The position numbers and the translations under genes are program-made. From Podarcis muralis (taxonomy: Eukaryota), in assembly GCF_964188315.1 (NCBI RefSeq), contig NC_135662.1:7502001-7566000 (forward strand): a stretch of DNA of 64,000 nt, read 5' to 3'. This document shows positions 59,301-64,000 of the stretch, piece by piece (position 1 is the stretch's first letter; every line of letters starts with the position of its first letter). The notes under the pieces are model-generated. The model ran no database searches. It saw only the letters and a list, made by a program, of their open reading frames with translations, and had not been told where the DNA came from.

Positions 59301-59766
59301 TCCCACAATGAGGTCTCTGTTATTCTTCTCTCCCTTAATTTTGACCCAAATGCTCTCACTTTGGCTTTGAGGTTCTAAATCTTGGGTCTCTTCACAGGTA
59401 TACACATCCCTGACATATAACGCCACTCCTCCTCCTTTCTTGTCTGGTCTGTTTCTCTGAAATAGATTGTATCCCTCCATTATTACATTCCAATCGTGGG
59501 ACTTATCCCACCAGGTTTCAATGATGCCTATTATGTCATATTTAGTTTGCTGTACCAAGAGCTCAAGCTCATCTTGTTTATTTCCCATGCTTTGCGCATT
59601 AGTGTACAGACATTGAAGTCCATTATTCATTCCCCCATGTCTCTTATTTAAGGATTTTTTCCTCCCACCACTAGGTCTGCGTGCTGTTTGCTCCATTTGG
59701 TCTATGACATTTGGATGATCATCTTCATCAATTGATAGACTCCTACCTTCAGGAGCACTGTCTCCC
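56361..59766 (-). mobile_element. CR1 LINE with complete but disrupted ORF2 (endonuclease + RT)
   Basis: LQCLYTNAQS, MGDFN, GVPQGS and FADD motifs; (TTCTATGA)n tail. One stop, two homopolymer frameshifts and an LTR insertion. Confidence 0.96.
56913..57313 (+). mobile_element. CpG-rich solo LTR-like insertion inside CR1
   Basis: 401 bp interrupting ORF2; starts TG; 5 bp direct repeat ACTAT on both sides; internal ATTAAA. Confidence 0.75.
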
Positions 59767-60016
59767 TTTGAGCTTTGGCTTAGCTTGCAGAATGTCCTGG
59801 ATTCAGTCAGTGGTAGTTCCGGGTAGGGATAGGAATGATTCCTGCTGATATCCCTGCTGGTCATTGTCAGGAATCTGAGCTAGGTAGAATAATGGTCTGA
59901 CCTTGTACAAGGCAGTTTCCTATATTTATTTATTCAGAGTTTTGAATGTATGCATGGCTCGAGAATTGATTTGTACTACTTTCAAGCCCCCTTTTAGCAA
60001 GAGTGACATTATAGGG

Positions 60017-60142
60017 CAGGCATAGGCAAACCTGGCCCTCCAGATGTTTTGGACTACAACTCCCATGATCCATAGCTAACAGGACCAGTGGTCAGGGATT
60101 GTACTCCCAAGACATCTGGAGGGCCCAGTTTGCCTAAGGCTG
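60017..60142. mobile_element. hAT-type MITE
   Basis: TIRs CAGGCATAGGCAAAC / GTTTGCCTAAGGCTG; 8 bp TSD TTATAGGG / TTCTAGGG. Confidence 0.8.
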
Positions 60143-61376
60143 TTCTAGGGTATTGCACAAAATAATCTCATCCTAAGTTTGCAGATGACTATATTGACAG
60201 TTTCCTATATTTATTTATTTATTTATTTATTTATTCGGAGTTTTGAAAATTTACATGGCTTGAGACCTGATGTGTGTATGGTTGGGCTGGGTACAAAACA
60301 GACTGAAGGAGAGACGAAGACAAAGGAGTAAAGAAGCTTCGCCATAGAAGTTGCCTTTGAGGAGGGGCATGAAGGGAAAGAAATATGTGAGGACACCAAA
60401 GAGAAGGAGAAAAAACTAAAAGAAATGATGTGATGTGTTAGTGCTGGCGCAAGACATTTTGCTGCCTGAAGCAGAGGACCAAATGTCACTCACAAACTCT
60501 TGCTGCCCCTTTTCCTGCCTTCATCCTTCCCATTCACCCCAATTCTGCCATGAGAAGGGCCTTCCTTACCTTCCTGCACTCTCTCCTGCCATGCATAGAA
60601 TTTGTGTAGCTTTGCACCTGGGAGCAAAGAGGCTTAAGCGATTCCAAGCATCCTACTTTTATCCAAAGAGAACTCTCTGCTTACAAGTGGGAGTAGATTG
60701 GCTGTATGTATTCCCTTCTAGGAGGTTTCCCAGAAAAGAATGAGCTCCTCTTGCTGGAAAAAGGTTTTGTACCCCTGCTCTACAATCATCCTGCTCTTTT
60801 CAGCCCATTAGCTGGGCTCTCTTTCCCCTGGTGTTTTGGAAATCTCCTGAGTTGGGAGCAGAGTACTTCCCAGTGCTTAAGACTTACTTGCAGGCTTTTG
60901 AAGTGTAATGGAACCTTTCAAAGCACTTTTGTATATTTTACAAATAGAGCTGTTAGTGTGCATGATCACAATCCTCTAAAGAGCACTGTTTCCTCCACAC
61001 ATTTAGTCAATCACAGTGCTTCTCTTAAGTAAGGAAGGGAAATCCTGCCATTTCTATCCATCCCCTCCTTCCATGCTCTGATCATTCCGTACATGGTCTA
61101 CTAGGACCTTCTCCTCTCTAGACTTCTCAGTTCTCCAGTCTATCAAAAACTCAACTGCCATATCCATTCATTATTCCTATCACTCCCATCTTCAGATGTT
61201 GCTCATCAGTTCTATTCAGTTGCTTCCCATGCCTTTCCACCTCCAGGACTGATACTTCAATATGTGTAGTTGTTCATTACTGGAACCCAGAAGGCAAACA
61301 GGAAATATTATAAATTGAGCAGGATGGCTGAAAACCTGAACAGAAGAATTAAAACAAATGTAGCCCCATGTTTCAG

Positions 61377-61627
61377 AGAGCCAGTGTGGTGTAGTGGTTA
61401 AGAGCGGTAGTCTCATAATCTGGGAAACCAGGTTCGAGTCTCCGCTCCGCCACATGCAGCTGCTGGGTGACCTTGGGCCAGTCACACTTCTTTGAAATCT
61501 CTCAGCCCCACTCACCTCAAAGAGTGTTTGTTGTGGGGGAGGAAGGGAAAGGAGAATGTTAGCTGCTTTGAGACTCCTTCGGGTAGTGATAAAGCGGGAT
61601 ATCAAATCCAAACCCTTCTTCTTCTTC
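61377..61627 (+). mobile_element. Squam3-like SINE
   Basis: Forward copy matching 22021-22279. Confidence 0.88.
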
Positions 61628-62279
61628 AACCAAATGCCTCTGTGTCGTGCCTCTTTGTTTCTTGGCTGTGGTTGCAATCACCAAATATTCCCACTAAACC
61701 CCTTGACATTTATATTGGTGTTCCATGTCTATGTTCCATGTCCATTTAGATTCCAAGCATGGGCAAAGTGCCTTTAACTGTTCTTTGCATTCTGCTTTAT
61801 CATTTTCCACTATTTCCTCTCTTCCTTCTGTGGAGCCATAGGTGAGAGCTGAAGGCGGGGTGGGGACCAAAGGTGGACAAACTATCACAGAAGGAGCACA
61901 ATGTGTCCCCTTCCGGAGGTACTAGCCCTCTTCTACCATCCCATACCACCTGTGAACTTTAATAGGGTCAGAAAAATAGAACCCCCAACAATGTGAGATC
62001 AAGCAGCAAGATGAGACTTAGAAAAACATATGTATTGATTAGCCTGACATTGAGATTATTGCTTTTGCAAATGAACTACATCAACTTGAGACGTTCACAT
62101 ACCTGTGAGAAAATGCTGATCAGCAATATGGTGATTGGGAGACAGGAAATGCAGCACTCAGCGCTGGAATAAGTAGATGGTAGGAAGGCTTGCAGAAATG
62201 AATGCAACCCAACGGGAATAAAAGCAGATATGTCCTCAAGTTCCCTGTATGAACTTTAGGGCTCCACCCACCCTTTTTC

Positions 62280-63297
62280 GAATTCTGCCCACATCATGTG
62301 ACAAAAATATTCTTTTCAATGGTTATCAAAATTTTGAAGATAGGAGGAGGTTCTTACCACATAAAGGCATTCTTGAGAAAATTGGGTTAGCAAATTGCAG
62401 GGAATGAGGAACCAGACAACACTCTGTGATGCAATCAGGAGAACTATTTTTACTGAGTAGTGTCATGTGTCGTCTTCATTTTGCTATGCTCTAGCTGGTT
62501 AACATGGCCATGGGTACACAAGAAACTCAAAGATATACATGCAAATGTATTTATTTCTTATTTCATAATATTCATATACTGCTTAATGGTGAAAATCTCA
62601 AAGCAGTTTACAGTTTACAGACANNNNNNNNNNNNNNNNNNNNNNNNNNNNNNNNNNNNNNNNNNNNNNNNNNNNNNNNNNNNNNNNNNNNNNNNNNNNN
62701 NNNNNNNNNNNNNNNNNNNNNNNNNNNNNNNNNNNNNNNNNNNNNNNNNNNNNNNNNNNNNNNNNNNNNNNNNNNNNNNNNNNNNNNNNNNNNNNNNNNN
62801 NNNNNNNNNNNNNNNNNNNNNNNNNNNNNNNNNNNNNNNNNNNNNNNNNNNNNNNNNNNNNNNNNNNNNNNNNNNNNNNNGGCATCCTGGAAAGTTAGGA
62901 AGATCTCCCTCCTTCATTGACTGTTCAAGGTCATGTCCTAGAGCAGTACATTTTGCTAAGGAATTCTGCCCACATCATGTGACAAAAATATTTTGAATAT
63001 AGGTGGAGGTTCTTAGCTCATAAAGGCATTCTTGAGAAAATTGGGTTAGCAAAATGCAGGGAATGAGGAACCAGACAACACTCTGTTATGCAATCAGGAG
63101 AACTATTTTTACTGAGTAGTGTCATGTGTCGTCTTCATTTTGCTATGCTCTAGCTGGTTAACATGGCCATGGGTACACAAGAAACTCAAAGATATACATG
63201 CAAATGTATTTATTTCTTATTTCATAATATTCATATATTGCTTAATGGTGAAAATCTCAAATCAGTTTACAGTTTACAGACATGTAAGAAGCGTCAT

Positions 63298-63337
<40 letters not shown>

Positions 63338-63412
63338 TTTTAAAGGCATCCTGGAGAGTTGGGATGATCTCCTTACTTCATTGACTGTTCAAGGTCATGT
63401 CCTAGAGCAGTA
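62280..63412. repeat. Local tandem duplication spanning an N gap
   Basis: 62281-62623 matches 62962-63281; 62881-62950 matches 63345-63412. Confidence 0.85.
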
Positions 63413-64000
63413 GCATCACTGGAAACTGGAGGAAGCTTGTATCCACCTGGTCAGTGTGAGGGCAGGTTTTCCACACCCCAGTTCCCCTAAGAAGAAGAAT
63501 TACTGTCCTGTAGCAGCAGCATCAATGGGATGTAAAAGATAGCGGGGTGGGCTTTTTCTTTATTTTGGATTCTTCCCTGTACATTGCTCGTGATATTTAG
63601 TCTGTCAAGTTTCTTCCCCTTCAGCAGTAAGGCAAAAGTCATTCCATTCCTCTATGGCTCCTCTGTTACAACACAGTACATTCTCCTACATGTCCTCTTT
63701 CCTTGATGCTCCTGTCTATCCAAAACTCAGTTGCCTGAAGAAATCACTTCTTTCACCACTCACATATTTGGACCCCCCCCCCCAAGTTTAATTCATGGGA
63801 TGTCTAGTCCTTCCCACCTGCAGCACAAATGCCTTAACCTTAATTTTAGTGCCTTCCCCGCCCCTCCGGCCGCCCTTACTGCTTTGTAAGTTAGTGGCCA
63901 TTATCTCTTCCTCTCCAAATCTACCCACCTCAACTGACTAAAGCCCTCCTACTTCACTAAAAAGCTCTGCTCATTCTGTTGATGAGCTCAAAACATGGAA

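Overview
Squamate genomic DNA, probably a lacertid lizard (inferred from Sauria/Squam SINEs, BovB, CR1, L2 and Penelope repeats). The window is a minus-strand tandem cluster of MAS-related GPCR (MRGPR-family) genes, each with a single coding exon. There are 7 intact or near-intact genes and 1 pseudogene, in two clades. Clade 1 comprises three recent ~5.5 kb tandem units (1295-24560) plus a decayed copy at 38.1-38.7 kb. Clade 2 comprises four older genes at 26.9, 32.8, 42.2 and 52.8 kb, each preceded by a conserved noncoding block carrying a splice donor. The cluster shows birth-and-death evolution: a gene-less repeat unit, mosaic paralogues, ectodomain-biased divergence, a clipped C-terminus and orphan promoter blocks. 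Transposons are dense, and several can be ordered from target-site duplications and empty paralogous sites. A Penelope terminal fragment carries an intact hammerhead ribozyme core. There are four N gaps. All alignments were done by eye and repeat family names come from recall, not database searches.
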